From: Mobula hypostoma
Taxonomy: Eukaryota
Reading direction: 5' to 3'
NCBI RefSeq assembly: GCF_963921235.1
Contig: NC_086108.1
Location: 34,598,001-34,662,000, forward strand
Length of the DNA stretch: 64,000 nucleotides
Shown: positions 1 through 12,804 of the stretch, one piece after another
Position numbering within the stretch: the first letter of the stretch is position 1
Layout of the letters: every line of letters starts with the position of its first letter
The notes under the pieces: model-generated
Told to the model about the DNA's origin: nothing
Databases searched by the model: none
The model's input: only the letters and a program-made list of their open reading frames with translations
Program-made: the position numbers and the translations under genes

Positions 1-196
1 GTTTAACACAGTGACCTGGAGTCGTTCAGCCATTGACAAGGTCATTACTGTTCCTGGAGTTGGTGCATTTTGTGTCAAGAATGGTATGGTTTTGTGCAGC
101 TTGTGCTTTGTAACTGCACTTTGAAAATTTCCAAAGAATGCTGACTCGGAGATAAAACAGGATGTTTTCTTTTTCAATATTCTCCTAATGCCACTG

Positions 197-1050
197 AATC
201 ATAGAACAGCACAGTACAGGAACAGGCCCTTCGCTAGACTTATCTGCACCGACCCGGAATCCAATTAACCCCATCTGCTTGCACACGTTCCTGCCTGTTC
301 ATCTGCTTACCTAAGTGCTTGGCAGCACGTTCCAGGTGCCTCCCTCTGCGTATAAGGGAAGCAACTTGCCCCATGCATGTCTTTTCAATTTCCTCCTCTC
401 ACCTTAAATGTTTGTCCCTTTGTATCTGATATTTGTAGCCTGGGGTAAAGAACTGACTATCTGCTATACCATGCCTCTCATAATTGTGTAGACTTCTATC
501 AGGTCACACTCAGCCTCAGGGAAAATGATACGAGCTTGTCTATTAATCTCCTATCCAGGCAACATCCTGGTGTACTTTTGCATATCCATTCAAAAGAGTG
601 GTGACTAGAACAGCACATAGTTTTCGAAATGTTGCCTAACCAGCATTTTATACAGCTGCAGCATGATTCAATGACTTTTATACTCAGTGCCCTGACCAAT
701 GAAGGTGAGCATGCCATATGTATTCTTTACTTCCGTTTTTACTTGTATTGCCATTTTCAGGGAGCTATGTACATGATCCCTGCATGCATCAATTCTTCCA
801 AAGGTCCTGCCATGGCATGCACTGTAGCCATTCCTCTTTAATTTTTTCTCCCAAAGTTCAATACTTCACACTTGTCAGGATTAAACTCCAACTAATCTAC
901 GGTATATCCTGCTGAATCCCTTGGCAACATTCCTCACTATCACAACTGCACCTATTTTCCAGTCATCTGCAAAATTACTAATTAGACCTACAGTTCCATC
1001 CCTGTCCGTTATGTATCACAAACAATGGCCAGCCTAGCACTGGGATCATT
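197..1050 (-). mobile_element. CR1-type LINE 3' fragment (degraded RT C-terminus and 3' tail)
   Basis: Begins aatcatagaacagcacagtacaggaacaggcccttc, the reverse of a fish/shark CR1 3' end. Colinear with the better-preserved CR1 copies at 17850-19470 and 25100-26870. Confidence 0.75.
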
Positions 1051-1177
1051 TGCTAAGTATCGAGATATGATTGAGTTTGTAACTAGGTGATATACACAGC
1101 AAAGTGAAAGGGTTTTGAAATCATTTGCCGATGTCCAATTTCAGATGATTCCAAAAGAGTGATGTGCATGTGTTCTT

Positions 1178-1575
1178 TTATCGTCGTCACTATTCGCCAT
1201 GTTGTATGGTGTGGGAGATCATAGTCTTGACCATGATTGTTCTTAGCAATTTTTCTGTAGTGGTTTGGCAGTGCCTTCTTCTGAGCGGTGTCTTTACAAG
1301 ACGGATGACCCCACCCATTATCAGTACTCTTCAGAGATTGTCTTCTTGGTGTCAGAGGTCACAGAACCAGGACTCGTGTTATGCACCAGCTGCTCATAAG
1401 GATTGTCCTCCACCTGCTCCCATGACGTGACGCCGATCCGGGGGGCGGGGGGGGTGGTGGTGTTTGGGGCTAAGCAGGTGCTACACCTTGCCCAAGGGGT
1501 GACCCACTGGCTAGTGGATAGAAGGAGCGCCTTACACCTCCTTTGGTAGAGACATATCTCCGCTCTGCCACCCAC
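1178..1575 (-). mobile_element. ~390-bp non-autonomous RTE-type retroposon with BovB/Bov-A-like 3' end (copy 1 of 3)
   Basis: Minus strand reads agaaggcactgccaaaccact...aagaacaatcatggtc, resembling the RTE-BovB 3' motif AGAAGGCAATGGCAAACCACT. Highly similar copies at 59522-59865 and 63743-64000. Confidence 0.7.
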
Positions 1576-2067
1576 TTTTTCATTGTGTTCATTGTGGTCA
1601 GCATTTGTAGCCACCTGATGGAAAGGTGATGGTGAGCTGCAAGTGATCCTTCTGGTGAAGGTAGCAGAAGGGGAGTTCCAGCATTTAGATCCAGTGAGGC
1701 TGGCGCATGGCTTGGAGGGAAACCTGTAGGAGGTGGAGTTCGCAAGCTTCTGCTGCCCTTGTCCGCCATGTCACTGGAGGTCACGAGTTTGGACAGTGGT
1801 GCTTGAATACTCTGAGTGAGTAACTATGGAGCATTTTAAATGCTTGCAAAGAGTTCTTTCTTCATTTGGTCTCCATGTTATTGAGCTGCAGGGAGAGTGC
1901 ATGACTAAGGGGACATTCACATCCCACAACAAAGCCTTCCTGGCTACAACTTGGTGGAGGTATGTGCTGAAAAGTGCAACGAAGGCACCAGGGAAAATAT
2001 ATTGATGGAGAAACTCAGCAGGTCATAACAATGGGTACAGGTAGGGGAAGGATATGGAGCCACTGGA

Positions 2068-2696
2068 GGGGTGCAGAATGCTGCCTGGATTAGAGGTTTG
2101 GAGCTGTAAGAAGAGGTTGGAAAGACTTGGGTTGTTTTCTCTGGAGTGCTGGAGGCTGAAAGGAGAGCTGATAAAAGTTTAAAAAATTATGAGAGACATA
2201 GATAGTGTAAGCAGTCAGAATCTTTTTTTTTGCCCAGGATAGAAATGTTCAATACTAGAAGGCATAACTTTAAGGTGAAAGGGAGAAGACTTAAAGGAGC
2301 TGTGTAGGGTAGGTTTTTCTACACAGAGTGTGGTGAATGCTTGGAAAGCTTTGGGGGTGGAAGCAGGTACAATAAAGGCCTTTACAAAGTTTTTAGATGG
2401 ACATTGAATATGGAAGGTTATGGATCACCTAGAACAGATGGGGTTAATTTAACCTGGCATCACTGGAGGAATTTCTTAAGCCAGGGGGTGGTGAATCTGT
2501 GGAGTTCTGCTACAAGGGGCTGTGGAGGCCATGCCATTGGGTGTACTTAAGAGAGAAGTTCTTGATTAGTCGGGGCGTGAAAGGTGATGGAGAAAAACAG
2601 GAGAATGGGGTTGAGAGGGAAATAATCAGCCATGATGAAATGGTGGAGCAGACTCGATGGGCAGAATGGCCTAATTCTGTTCCTATGTTTTATGAC
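2068..2696 (+). mobile_element. Two adjacent CR1 3'-end fragments
   Basis: RT C-terminal motif (ggattagag...gacttgggttgttttctctggag...gctgaaaggagagctgata), then a second 3' end closing gcagactcgatgggcagaatggcctaattctgttcctatg. Confidence 0.7.
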
Positions 2697-2749
2697 ATAC
2701 TTGCCAAACTGGTGAACGAAAGGGCACATTCTTATGCTCCATTGTTCTA

Positions 2750-3190
2750 AGCAGCATCTGTGGAAGAAAAGGGATAGTCACCGTTTCATGTTGAGACCCT
2801 GTGTCGGGACTGAGAGTGTAGAGGGAGGACTGTCGGTGTATAGAAGTGAGGGATAGTGGGAAATGGGGGCTAATAGGTGGAACAAGATGGCTGAGGCGCA
2901 GATGGTGCCAGGTGGGGAAAGGGGGAGGTGGAAGTGCTGAGACAATGGCTGGTGGGTGGAATCAGATAAAGGAAAGGAAATAGGCAGGTTGGTAGAGATT
3001 GGAAAGGTGAACAATTAAGAAGAAACACAGGTGGATAGGTATGTGGGTGATGGGCAGATTGAATCAGGTGGGGTAGATGTGAGTGAGGGAGGGATGAAAA
3101 AGGTGAGCAAAGGAGATGCACTGGTGGGAGTGGGGAAAGGAGCATGGGAAGTGAGTTATATGAATCTGGAAAAGTCAACGTTCTTACTTT
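2750..3190 (-). mobile_element. Penelope-like element terminal repeat/3' region with decayed hammerhead motif
   Basis: Minus strand agtcccgacacagggtctcaacatgaaacggtgact...cagatgctgc is homologous to the termini at 20740-21650 and 54380-54515. Purine-rich spacer is typical of the family. Confidence 0.6.
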
Positions 3191-4199
3191 CAACTGTGGG
3201 AGCCCATAGTTTTGTTTTAGATATCAGTGGCCTACCAGGGGAAAGATTCCAACATTATCTTAGTGGGATTTAATACATTAGAAAAGAACTGGAGAAGTAA
3301 TAGTGGAAATTTGGCAAATTGGTTGGTAAATAAAATAAATGTGAAATAAAGATGGAGGAGGGGGACAGGAAGAAAAAGTAAATAAGATAAATATTAAAAG
3401 AACATTTTATTACGTGCTGAATAAGGCTGAATGATTTTTATGGCCTTTGTCCCTGACCGAGAAGGGTGATTGGCAAAATATTAACAAACGCCGTGTATAT
3501 TAGAAAGGTAAGCATGCTGTCAGGCTCGGGACCTCACATTTTGCAATGATTTAATGGACAAATGATCCAATAAGTTCAAGAACATAATGAGAAGGGGGTA
3601 GGACACAATGCCATGTCAAGTAAATAGCAGAGAAAGAGGTTCAGGAGATTTACACTGTGCTGTTTTAAAACCGAACGTGCATTGCTTGGCTCTGGGTTGA
3701 GCCAATAAAATAATTTGAATAGGGGTCACTCGTTTAATCTTGGAAGTTGAGAAATGAATCTGTTCACATCTAGAACCACATAATGATGTTTCTCCCTGTA
3801 ATCGTAGTTGAGGGGCAAATGTTGGGTAGGAGTCTTGAGGACTCTCCTGCTTCCCTTCCTTGCTCCTCAGAATTCCACCGTGGGTGGGATGAGCCTTGGT
3901 TTGCCATTTTACCGGTGGTACTAAGGACTTGGTCTCAATAGCTGTGCTCTGAAATCTTGCCAAGATCTGTCATCAAAGGCAACACCATTCTGGCTATGCC
4001 ACCTTCTTGCAGCTGGTATTGCGCAGAAGGTATAGTAACCTGGTCCCACACCACCACGTTCAAGAACAGCTTGGCTGGATCTTCTGGTCAGGATGAAACC
4101 ACCGAGTAACAGTTCCTCCGGTGACATCTTCCAGAAAGCAAATCTCTCCAGTTATTTCACTTTTCCTAATCCTTCTGCTTGTTCTTTTTGTCTTGCTTG

Positions 4200-5272
4200 T
4201 GTTACGGAAACTGTTGGAACCTGTGACGTACAGTTTGGAACTTGATCGAAGGATCCAGCGCTGTGCAGTGTCGGGAGAGCTGCCTTGTGAAGATTAGAGA
4301 TGGGCGGGGGGTGGGGGGAGTGCTGAAAAGGACCAACGAAACAAGCTGACTCTTGGAAAAACAGAGATGAAGCGCGGGGTCATGAATGACTTCATCTCGA
4401 AGCGGCGAGGAAGATTGAAGCATCAAGGTGAATGCGAAGGGTGTCAGTGATGCCTCCCAGGGTGACAACAGTCAACAGGGGGATCGGCACTTTTGGACGC
4501 AGATCAGAAACGTTCGGATCCAGGTTGGCAGTCACTCTTTTGAGAAGGACTGAATTTATGCAGCTGCCCTCCTCATATGCAGATGAAAAGCTATTTCTGA
4601 TACTTTTGAGATTTATGTGATTATTGGACTGTACTTTATTTTTTTTAGTGTTTTCTTTCTTACGGTCGATTGGCCATGGCGGGGGTGGGGGGAGACAGTG
4701 ATCAGTTAATTTCTTATCCGTGAGAATTAGGGTTGGTGGGGGTTTTGATACTACTGTTGCTGTTCTTTTCTGCAAATGAGGGGGTCAGAGATTGTTACTG
4801 TCACTGTTCTTTTTACGGTGGAGGGGGTCGGAGGTCGTTATTGTCACTGTTTTTTCTTCTGCGAGTGAGGGAGTTGGAGGTTGTTACTGTCACTTTTTTT
4901 CTACGGTTGGGGGGGTTGGAGATTGTTGTTTTTTTCTGAAGTTGAGGGGATTGGGGATAGTTATTGTCACTGTTTATTTTTCTGCAAGTGAGCGGGTCGG
5001 GGATTATTATTGTTGCTGTTTTTTCTCTGAGGGAGGGGTGGGTGATTTGATGCTATTGCCACTATTTTTTGTTCTGTAGGGGAGGGGATAAGGGATCTTC
5101 GGGTCTGCAAGTTTTGTTTCTTTTCCTTTTCATGCTGGGGGGGGGAGTGGGAATTGATGTCCTTTCTTTTATCAACTCTCATGGTTTTCCTGTATTTCAT
5201 GGCTATCTGGAGAAGACAAATATCAGAGTTGTACTGTATATCCATACTTTGACAATAAAATGAACCTTTGAG
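4200..5272 (+). mobile_element. Non-autonomous retroposon with Rex1/Babar-like 3' tail and an internal degenerate tandem array
   Basis: Ends ggctatctggagaagacaaatatcagagttgta...ctttgacaataaaatgaacctttga, shared with 44820-45232. The 5' boundary is uncertain. Confidence 0.55.
4730..5090 (+). repeat. Degenerate tandem repeat, ~35-46-bp unit, roughly 8 copies
   Basis: Recurring gagggggt(c/t)ggagattgttactgtcactgtt(c/t)tttt; gtcac recurs at about 4800, 4843, 4889 and 4966. Confidence 0.8.
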
Positions 5273-6284
5273 CTACTTCCCTACAGCCATGTAGTTCTGA
5301 AGCAACCAGCACAACCCTCATGACTATATTGTAGCAACACTGTGACCATTTTCACTAAAATGGACTTATTAAAAAATTCTATTTGTTTTAAATAAAATGT
5401 GTTTAATTTATGTTTAATTTGTTTTTCTTGTGACTGCTGCTTATGTGATGCTTGTAATGTTGCTGGAAGTGAGTTTTCTAATTCCCCCTGTGTATATGTG
5501 TACTTGTGCATAAGACTTCTCTTTGACCTCGGACCCACAACTTTCTCGACTGACAAACTGCAAAGTATATCTTTTAATCTCCTGAATGTGTTTGTTGATT
5601 TAGACATTAGTGACATTGTGTATGATTAAGCTGTGTGACCTGCCTTGCAAGATCTGAATCATTGCCCAGTGTGTCCCTGTTCCTTCCATTGTTCTTTGTG
5701 TGGGCTGTACTTACCGGACATTCAGCTACATTCTGAGACTGTGTTCTCATTGGATGAATCTTGCACATTTCACTGCCTTTACTACCTTTCTTTTTCTTTT
5801 TTTCCCATTGGTCCATTTTACCAGTTGCGAGGTAATTGAGTGCTGGTATTTGAGGGGATCGAAGTGGGTCATTAACAGCAAGAGTAGGCGTCTAACCGAG
5901 GCGTTCCCCCAGCAAGAGAACAAGCACTCACTCTCATTACTTCATTAGAAGACATTGTTCTGGTTCCCAGGAGGTCCCACGGCTGAAGCACTTCATTCTG
6001 GTCTGTGATCCTGCTTTCTCATACATGCACACAGACCTCAACCTGTTCAGGAACGGAGGCCAGCAATCAATGAGCCTCACAGGGTGCAAGCTGAAAGTAA
6101 ACTTCTGCACATGGTCCCAAGAAGGAGAAGCCCAAAGTATTGTGGTGTCAGAGACGCCGCAAAACTTCATGTCTCAGTTAGCCGCCTCCTCCTCTTGCTA
6201 CTGTGATCTCTGTTCCTGTTCTAAATCACTTAGATCTGCACTTGTTGAGTCTTTCTAATATACTTAGAACTAATCCCAGCCCTT

Positions 6285-7035
6285 GTTTCAAGTTCAAGTT
6301 TAACTGCCACTCAACCATACACGAATACCCATGAATACAGCCAAAGGAAACATTTTTACTCCGGGGCCAAGAGTCGCACACAGCACAAGGGACATATAGC
6401 ACATATAAGATAGCCAGTACATGTAAAATATCAGTAAAATACAGTCACACAAAAGAATATAGTCCAATACTCTGAGTCCATGAATGTGGCAGCAGTCAAT
6501 AGTGCTTGTTTTCTGCCGAGCAAACTCTGGGGGCAGCACTAACTCCAGCTTGGACGCCATGCCACACTGCCTCCAATGGAGCGCTCTTACTCTGACACCT
6601 CTCTCCTGGGCAGCTGTAAACAGGCGACACCGTGGCACGAGGCCTAGCCTTCACAATAATCGAGACCATGCAACTCCTCCACGGTCAGCCAATAGATCCA
6701 TGAATTGGACTTACAGCATTCCACGATGTCCAACGGGGTCCTGCAATCACAAAAAAAGTGACTAAGATGATCACTCACAGCTAGTCTGAACACCGCCTTC
6801 GCACACCAACTCCCTCTGATGTCTCTGTGGCACAGGCCGCAGCATGATCTGAGCCAAATCCAGCTCCTTCAGTTTCTCCACCTGTGAGGAACTTACTGAT
6901 GGGACAGACCTGCAGTACTTTAAGTTCTTAATGCCCAGCAGGGTCGTAACAAGTACGTTTAAGAAACGCAGTAACAAGTTTGGTTGGCCCTGTAGGAGCC
7001 GCTGTGATCAAATGCACTGCCTTCTTACTGGAAGT
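6285..7035 (-). mobile_element. ~750-bp non-autonomous retroposon with (TTGAAC)n-type tail
   Basis: Plus strand starts ttcaagttcaagtttaactg, the reverse of a Rex-like tail. Minus-strand 5' end cttccagtaagaaggcagtgc. No ORF. Confidence 0.5.
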
Positions 7036-8251
7036 AATCTGTTCAAGAGCATAGAGACTAACAATAAGTAGGCAGGTGTTTAACAATGGCTCCACTCTTC
7101 TGATTTCCCCACTTCCCTCAGCATCACTTTTTAAATTAAAGGTGACATCTTTTCATCAAAGTTATACTTGCTGAGCGATTAACCGCACTGAATTTTAACA
7201 ATCTACAGAATGCACAGTATGAGTGGGTGGTGGAGGCTGGGTACTCACACAATGTTTTAAATTAATTTAGACAAGCACTTGAATTACCAAAGCATGAAAG
7301 GGTACTTAATATTCTGCTTGATTGTGGGCCAAAGGGTCAGGGTCAGGGTCTGTGTCTGTGCTGCGTGACTTGCAAGTAACAAGTTGAGACTGACTTTGTA
7401 AGATGGTGTAGGATATTCTTTCTAGCAAAAGGTTTACAAGGCTGGTGTGACAGACAGGAGTGCCTAGTTCCTGTTTGTCAGGTCCTTTTTTTCGGCTAAC
7501 ATTAATATGGGGGAGGAAAAGGGGAAAATTAGCGCTGTTCTGCGAGATTCTTCGAAGTGTAGTCCTTTCTCGTCCTCAGACTGGTAAAACAAAAATCTCA
7601 GTTTGTCCCGGTGTCTGATCAGGACCCCGAGGAGCTGTTTGGCATCAGGACTTGTTAGGGTCTCAGTGCCAGCTGAAGACCACTTGGTTACCTGCATCAA
7701 AAGTGGGATGTGCCGCAGTCAGTCCACATTACTTAATGCGCTTGGGCAGTGTTGTGAAGAAGCGATTGTGTTGGTGTGACCTGGGAGGGGAGTGGGTGCA
7801 CAAGATTGACTTATCTTCTTATCTGTGTCATGGAAGATTCTGGCTTCAATTTGTTGCTTGTGGTCGAGAGAGAAGCCAAAAGAACTCAGTGAGGGATTCA
7901 CGATCGTATCGTGTCAGATTACTTAAGGAGCGGGTGAAGTTTTTTGCTGCCACAGTTCGCAGTGAATTCCTCTTGATGTTCGGGGATAGAGACCCATGTT
8001 TTCAAACCATGACCTGCTTGTCCGCTTTCTCCAAGTCCTTTAATGCTGGAGATAAACCTTAAGGGAATGTTTTTGAATGAAATTAAAGTCTCCTCACTGT
8101 TAATATAGGGACCCGCAAAAGCGGGGATACAGTATTTAATATTTAATTGTAATATTTGGAATTAATTCTTGTCTTACTGGAACATTTAGATATCTTGATA
8201 TTAAAAATCTTTCATCCTATCAAAGACCTCCTGGCTCTAGAAATCCTTCTC

Positions 8252-8490
8252 AGTAAAGCAGTTAGCGTGACACTGTTACAGCTCAAGGTATTCTGGAGTT
8301 CAGAGTTCAGTTCCAGAGCCACTCTGTAAGGAGTGTCTGCACGTCCTCACCATGGAAGGTGTGGATTTCTCTCTGGGTCCTCTGGTTTCTTCCTCCAGTC
8401 CAAAGACATAATCGGGCACTGTAAATTGTCCCCGGTTAGATCACGGTAAATCGGTTTTATCTGGGGTTGCTGGGGCAGTGTGGCTCAACC
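8252..8490 (+). mobile_element. tRNA-derived V-SINE (HE1-like)
   Basis: A/B-box-like head (agtaaagcagttagcg...gagttcagttcc) and V-domain gtggatttctctctgggtcctctggtttcttcctccagtccaaagac. Confidence 0.65.
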
Positions 8491-8768
8491 TAAATACAGG
8501 TTTCCCCCGCCATCCGAAGGTAGAGCGTTCCTATGAAACGGTTTGTAAGCCGAAATGTCGTAAAGCAAAGAAGCAATTACCATTTATTTATATGGGAAAA
8601 TTTTGTGAGCATTTGCAGACCCAAAAATGACCTACCAAATCATGCCAAATAACACATAAAACCTAAAATAACAGTAACATATAGTAAAAGCAGGAATGAT
8701 ATGATAAATACACAGCCTATATAAAGTAGAAATACTTTTCCACAATCATTACTGCACTGTTCTCCGTA

Positions 8769-8870
8769 GCAAAAATCTCACGCAAGCGCCGTCGGCAGAA
8801 AATCTCACGCAAGCGCTGTCAGCAGAAAATCTCACGCAAGCGCTGTTGGCAAATACACGGCGCAAGCGCT
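8769..8870. repeat. 27-bp tandem repeat, 3-4 copies, inside the Tigger element
   Basis: gcagaaaatctcacgcaagcgctgtc(g/a) repeated in tandem. Confidence 0.85.
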
Positions 8871-9051
8871 TTCCAGTAACCTTTAAGCTATGAAGCTGCC
8901 ACATCATACCAAATAACATGTAAAAATACACAGCCTATATAAAGTAGAAATAATGTATGTACAGTGTAGTATCACTTACCGGAATCGGGACAGCGCCGAG
9001 CACTCTGATGATGCTGTGTTAGGGTGAGTCGGAGTTTGGGTGGTGCAGTGG

Positions 9052-9379
9052 CCCCCACCCTCCAGGCTGCCGAGCGATACATTGCCGTGAAGCATGCAGG
9101 GGTGCAATGGTAGCCGGGAGGCACACAGTACATCTTTAATAAAAAAGCCAAAATAAACATGCTAATTAATTAGGTGCCGCTCAGCACGTAATTGTTGGCC
9201 CAGATCTGTGTCGATTTCCGATTGCATCGTCTGTGATCTGGGCCGACAATTACGTGTGGGCGGCACCTAATTAATTAGCATGTTTATTTGAGCTTTTTTC
9301 TTAAAGATGTGCTGTGTGCCTCCCAGCTACCATTGCATTCTCCACGAATTGGTATCTGTCCGTGGCCTGGGGGTTGGGG
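9052..9379. repeat. Long inverted repeat (hairpin) inside Tigger copy 1
   Basis: Arms 9103-9206 and 9235-9337 are near-complementary around a 28-nt loop. Weaker pairing extends to about 9052/9379. Confidence 0.9.
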
Positions 9380-12300
9380 TGGTGGGACACTGGGGTGTCA
9401 TCATGTCATCGTCTGTTTCCATTAGGGCAGGCAGGTCATCTTCTATCTCTGCCTGCCTCGATGTCGAAGGTCGAGGTTCGTCATCTGCTGTGGCTGATGT
9501 GGAAGGCTTGCTTGACTGCTGAGCCTCGCGCATTTTTCTTTCACACAGTTCTTTGTAAGGACTCAAACCATCCTGCAAATATCCCCTAAGCCGACGTACC
9601 CTTTCAAAATTAAAGTCGTACTTTATTATTACTCATTCGATTTCAATTGTTATCCTTTCCTCTTACAATTGCATCAGCTCTTCATCTGTCAGTTCTTGGT
9701 CACGGGATGCCAAAACCTCTTCAACATCATGTTCGTCAACTCCCACAAGCCAAACTCACTTTGTCCTTACTTTGTTCACCACTAACTATGTCTAGTTTTA
9801 CGCTAAGTGTAACACCCTTACGAGCTCTTTTAGGCTTTTCCAATACCAGAGAACTCATCTTGCAAACGGCTGCTCACAGGTACGTGTTTAAGCAATGCCA
9901 GCGAGAATGCAGTTCCGAATCCGGGGGAGAGCGACTGCTCGGGGCACGTGATGCCTTTTATCGCGCACTGATTTTTTTTCGTAACAGTGAAAACACCTTC
10001 TGAAAGCGAAAACAGGGTACTAATGTAGGTCTTTTGTAACAGTGAGGTTTTGTAAAGCAAACGTTCAAAAAGCGGGGGACACCTGTACCTTGTATTTTCC
10101 ATTTAAGTTCTTCTCAAAATGTATTTATTTGGCCTAGCTATTAGTCACACATCCTAGTATTTCCACACATGGCTCAGTCAAACTTTGCTTAACAGGAGAT
10201 AGGTTTCAGGAGGTGCCTTGAGCCTCTTTATTTTGTTAAAGGCACCTTATTGCTGCTACCTGATAAATGTTTTGAAGTGTTTTAGTACGCCCATGGGAGC
10301 AGGTTACAGGGAATGCCATTATGTGTGTCGCTGAACGGGGTGGGGGGGGGGGGGAGAGAATGTGGTCCAGATCGCCTGTCCAAATAGAAGTCCTGTTGCA
10401 GTGCCATTTTAGAAGCAGTGATTTGCTTATCCGTTGTCACACCACTGTAGGTACCAGTTTGGAAATTCAGCTCAGATTAGCCATGATCAAAGACTTTAAC
10501 ATGAGGCTACTGTATTGTATACTTCTCTCTGAAATTTGGTTTGATTGAATTCATTAAAGTTGTGAAACAGAGTGCAAAGCACTGAAGTTTCCAGGCAGTA
10601 TTATTAGTGCTACTGATTTTGAGATGTCAGACAAATTTTACTGAAATACTGTTTTGCTGCAGTTATATTTGTTCGATATCCTGTTACACTGTGTTATCCC
10701 TCACAGTTTGCCACCTTTCATCTTGTTCCAGAAGAGGGATGAATAATTACAGTACTCTTCCTTCTATGGGTCTAAAGGAGTTAAATTACAAGGGTGGTTA
10801 CACAGACTAGTCTAATTTAATTTGATGAACAGAACAATCTGATTGCTTCAGATGATCAAAGGAATTGTGAAGGCAGTAGTGAGCAACTATATCTTCTGCA
10901 AGGGCGGGGAGTGATTCTGAAACGAGAGAAGAACCTTGAAATGAAAACTGGGCAGTTCAGCTATTAAGAAACGTTCCTTAGCACAAACAGAAATGGAAAC
11001 CTGGAACATACTCAGTGTGTTCTTTTGTTAGACAGGGGTTTTAGAAACAAGGTTGGCAGATATAGTTGAGATTCCTTGGAGGTGAAATTTAGAACAAAAT
11101 GAGTGACCGTAAAATGAGGCTTTTGCCATTTGGAACTGAACTGTGGAAATGCGTTTTCAGTCAAAGGGTGAGGGACACGTAGTTCTCTTCACAGAAAACT
11201 GAATCTTGAGTAAGTTGCAATCGTCGTCACTTTAAGGTGTCAGGTTGTTATTTGTGTGAATGAAATGAGACAGAGGAAAAGCTGGTGAATGGCATTCAGC
11301 CACAGATCAGCTCTGATCTAATTGAATCCCCCCCCCCCCCAAGCAATGTAACAACCTTTTGCAGAATCCCAAAATATTAAGAGATCTTTATTCTCCCATA
11401 CTTTGGTAGCTAATTTAGGCAGAAAAATACCCATGGTAGCAAGTAATAGAATTCCTACCTTTTTGCACTTTTTTAAAATCAATCCAGAGGGAATGGTGCT
11501 TCAGAAATTACTTTTGATTATGGGGAAGTTATAATTGCACCAGGGAATTTTTGCAGAAAAAACATCTTGCATAAATACTCACTGGGTTGTTTAAAAGCCA
11601 TTCAATTCAACAATAATCCATTTACAGAATGTAGCTCACAGAGTCCCTCTGGGCACCTCGGCGAATGGCTACAACGGTGTTTGGTCAGTCAGTCTGGAGC
11701 ATTTAAGGCTGTAAAAAGTGTGAAGGTGTTGTTAGTCATGCAGCATTTCAGATTTGTGCTTGGAGCAACTGTAGATTGCAGCACAGGACTGCATTCCTAA
11801 GAATGAAGGCTAGGGATCTTGTAGCAGGACTGCTGTTTGTTGATTAGAGTAAGGGCTTGTCCAGTGTTTGTTGCCATGGTGTTGGTAGATGACCAGGATT
11901 GGAGAATGTTTTCAAGTGCAATAGAGTAAATTAGACCTTCCCAGGGTCTGACCCAATGATCTTCCCTTAGCCAGGTGTCTACACAGTGTTTACACTGCAA
12001 TAAAGGTTCCAGCATAGCAGGTCTCATCAATGGCTCTTCAGGCTACTGTTGCTAAGTATAAACACACTGTGGGAAGCCGACAAATACTCGGAATACTTGA
12101 CAGCTGCCACTGTAAGTGTCCCGAGCACTGAGAGAATATTTTATTTGAATGTAACACTCTCTGAAGCATTTGGTGTGTCCAAGCTGGTGGAAGGTGGTGT
12201 GATTTGTTTTTAAATTACTTGTTGCACGACCAGGTTCAGGAACAGTTACTTTCCTGCGGTCATCCGAATCAGGTTTATTATCACTGACCTATGTCATGAA

Positions 12301-12392
12301 ATTTGTTGTTCCGTGCAAGATTTAAAAAAAGCACTGTAAGTTACAAAATAAATAGTGAAAAAGATGAATAACAAGATAACATTTATTAAAAA

Positions 12393-12792
12393 ACCAGCAA
12401 GAGGACCACAACCTGCTCGTAGGGTTTGGAGGTTTGTGTACCTCAATGACCCAGAGATCTACGTTGGCTGGTGTCAGGGCTTTATGTTTTGGCTCTTGGT
12501 AGGGTCACCCATGCCAAACAAGTAAGAGGGTAGAGGTCCACCGGTCCTCCGGGTTCAGAGGTTCAGCTCAGGGCTAACAACCCTGACTGGCAAAACAAAT
12601 TGTTATGGAAACAGCAATGAAGATTCCTTCTACATCTGAGTGCAGCAGGATTCCCGAGTCTTCACCCGGGACTTACATGACTGAGGTTAGCAAAAAGAGG
12701 AAGCTACTGACATAATGAAGGAAGCCATGAATGGCACCAGAGATGGAGGACCTTCATTGCTGTCCAAAACACCAGTGGCATAACAGCAGTAA
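12393..12792 (+). mobile_element. Short RTE/Rex3-derived non-autonomous element (5'UTR fused to 3' tail)
   Basis: 5' part ctcaatgacccagag...ttggtagggtcacccatgccaaac...gggctaacaaccc resembles RTE/Rex3 5'UTRs. 3' part ccagagatggaggaccttcattgctg...gcagtaa resembles RTE 3' ends. Confidence 0.6.
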
Positions 12793-12804
12793 AGCATTCA
12801 TGAG

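Larger units (their letters stand above)
8497..10085 (-). mobile_element. Internally deleted Tigger/pogo DNA transposon (copy 1)
   Basis: TA|CAGGTTTCCCCCGC...GCGGGGGACACCTG|TA gives TIRs with a TA duplication. Minus strand retains the transposase N-terminus and acidic C-terminus (ORF 9327-9578). Homologous to 37513-38820. Confidence 0.9.

Noticed and set aside
8252..8330. tRNA gene
   Set aside because: The A/B-box-like sequence is a SINE head followed by a V-domain; no cloverleaf.
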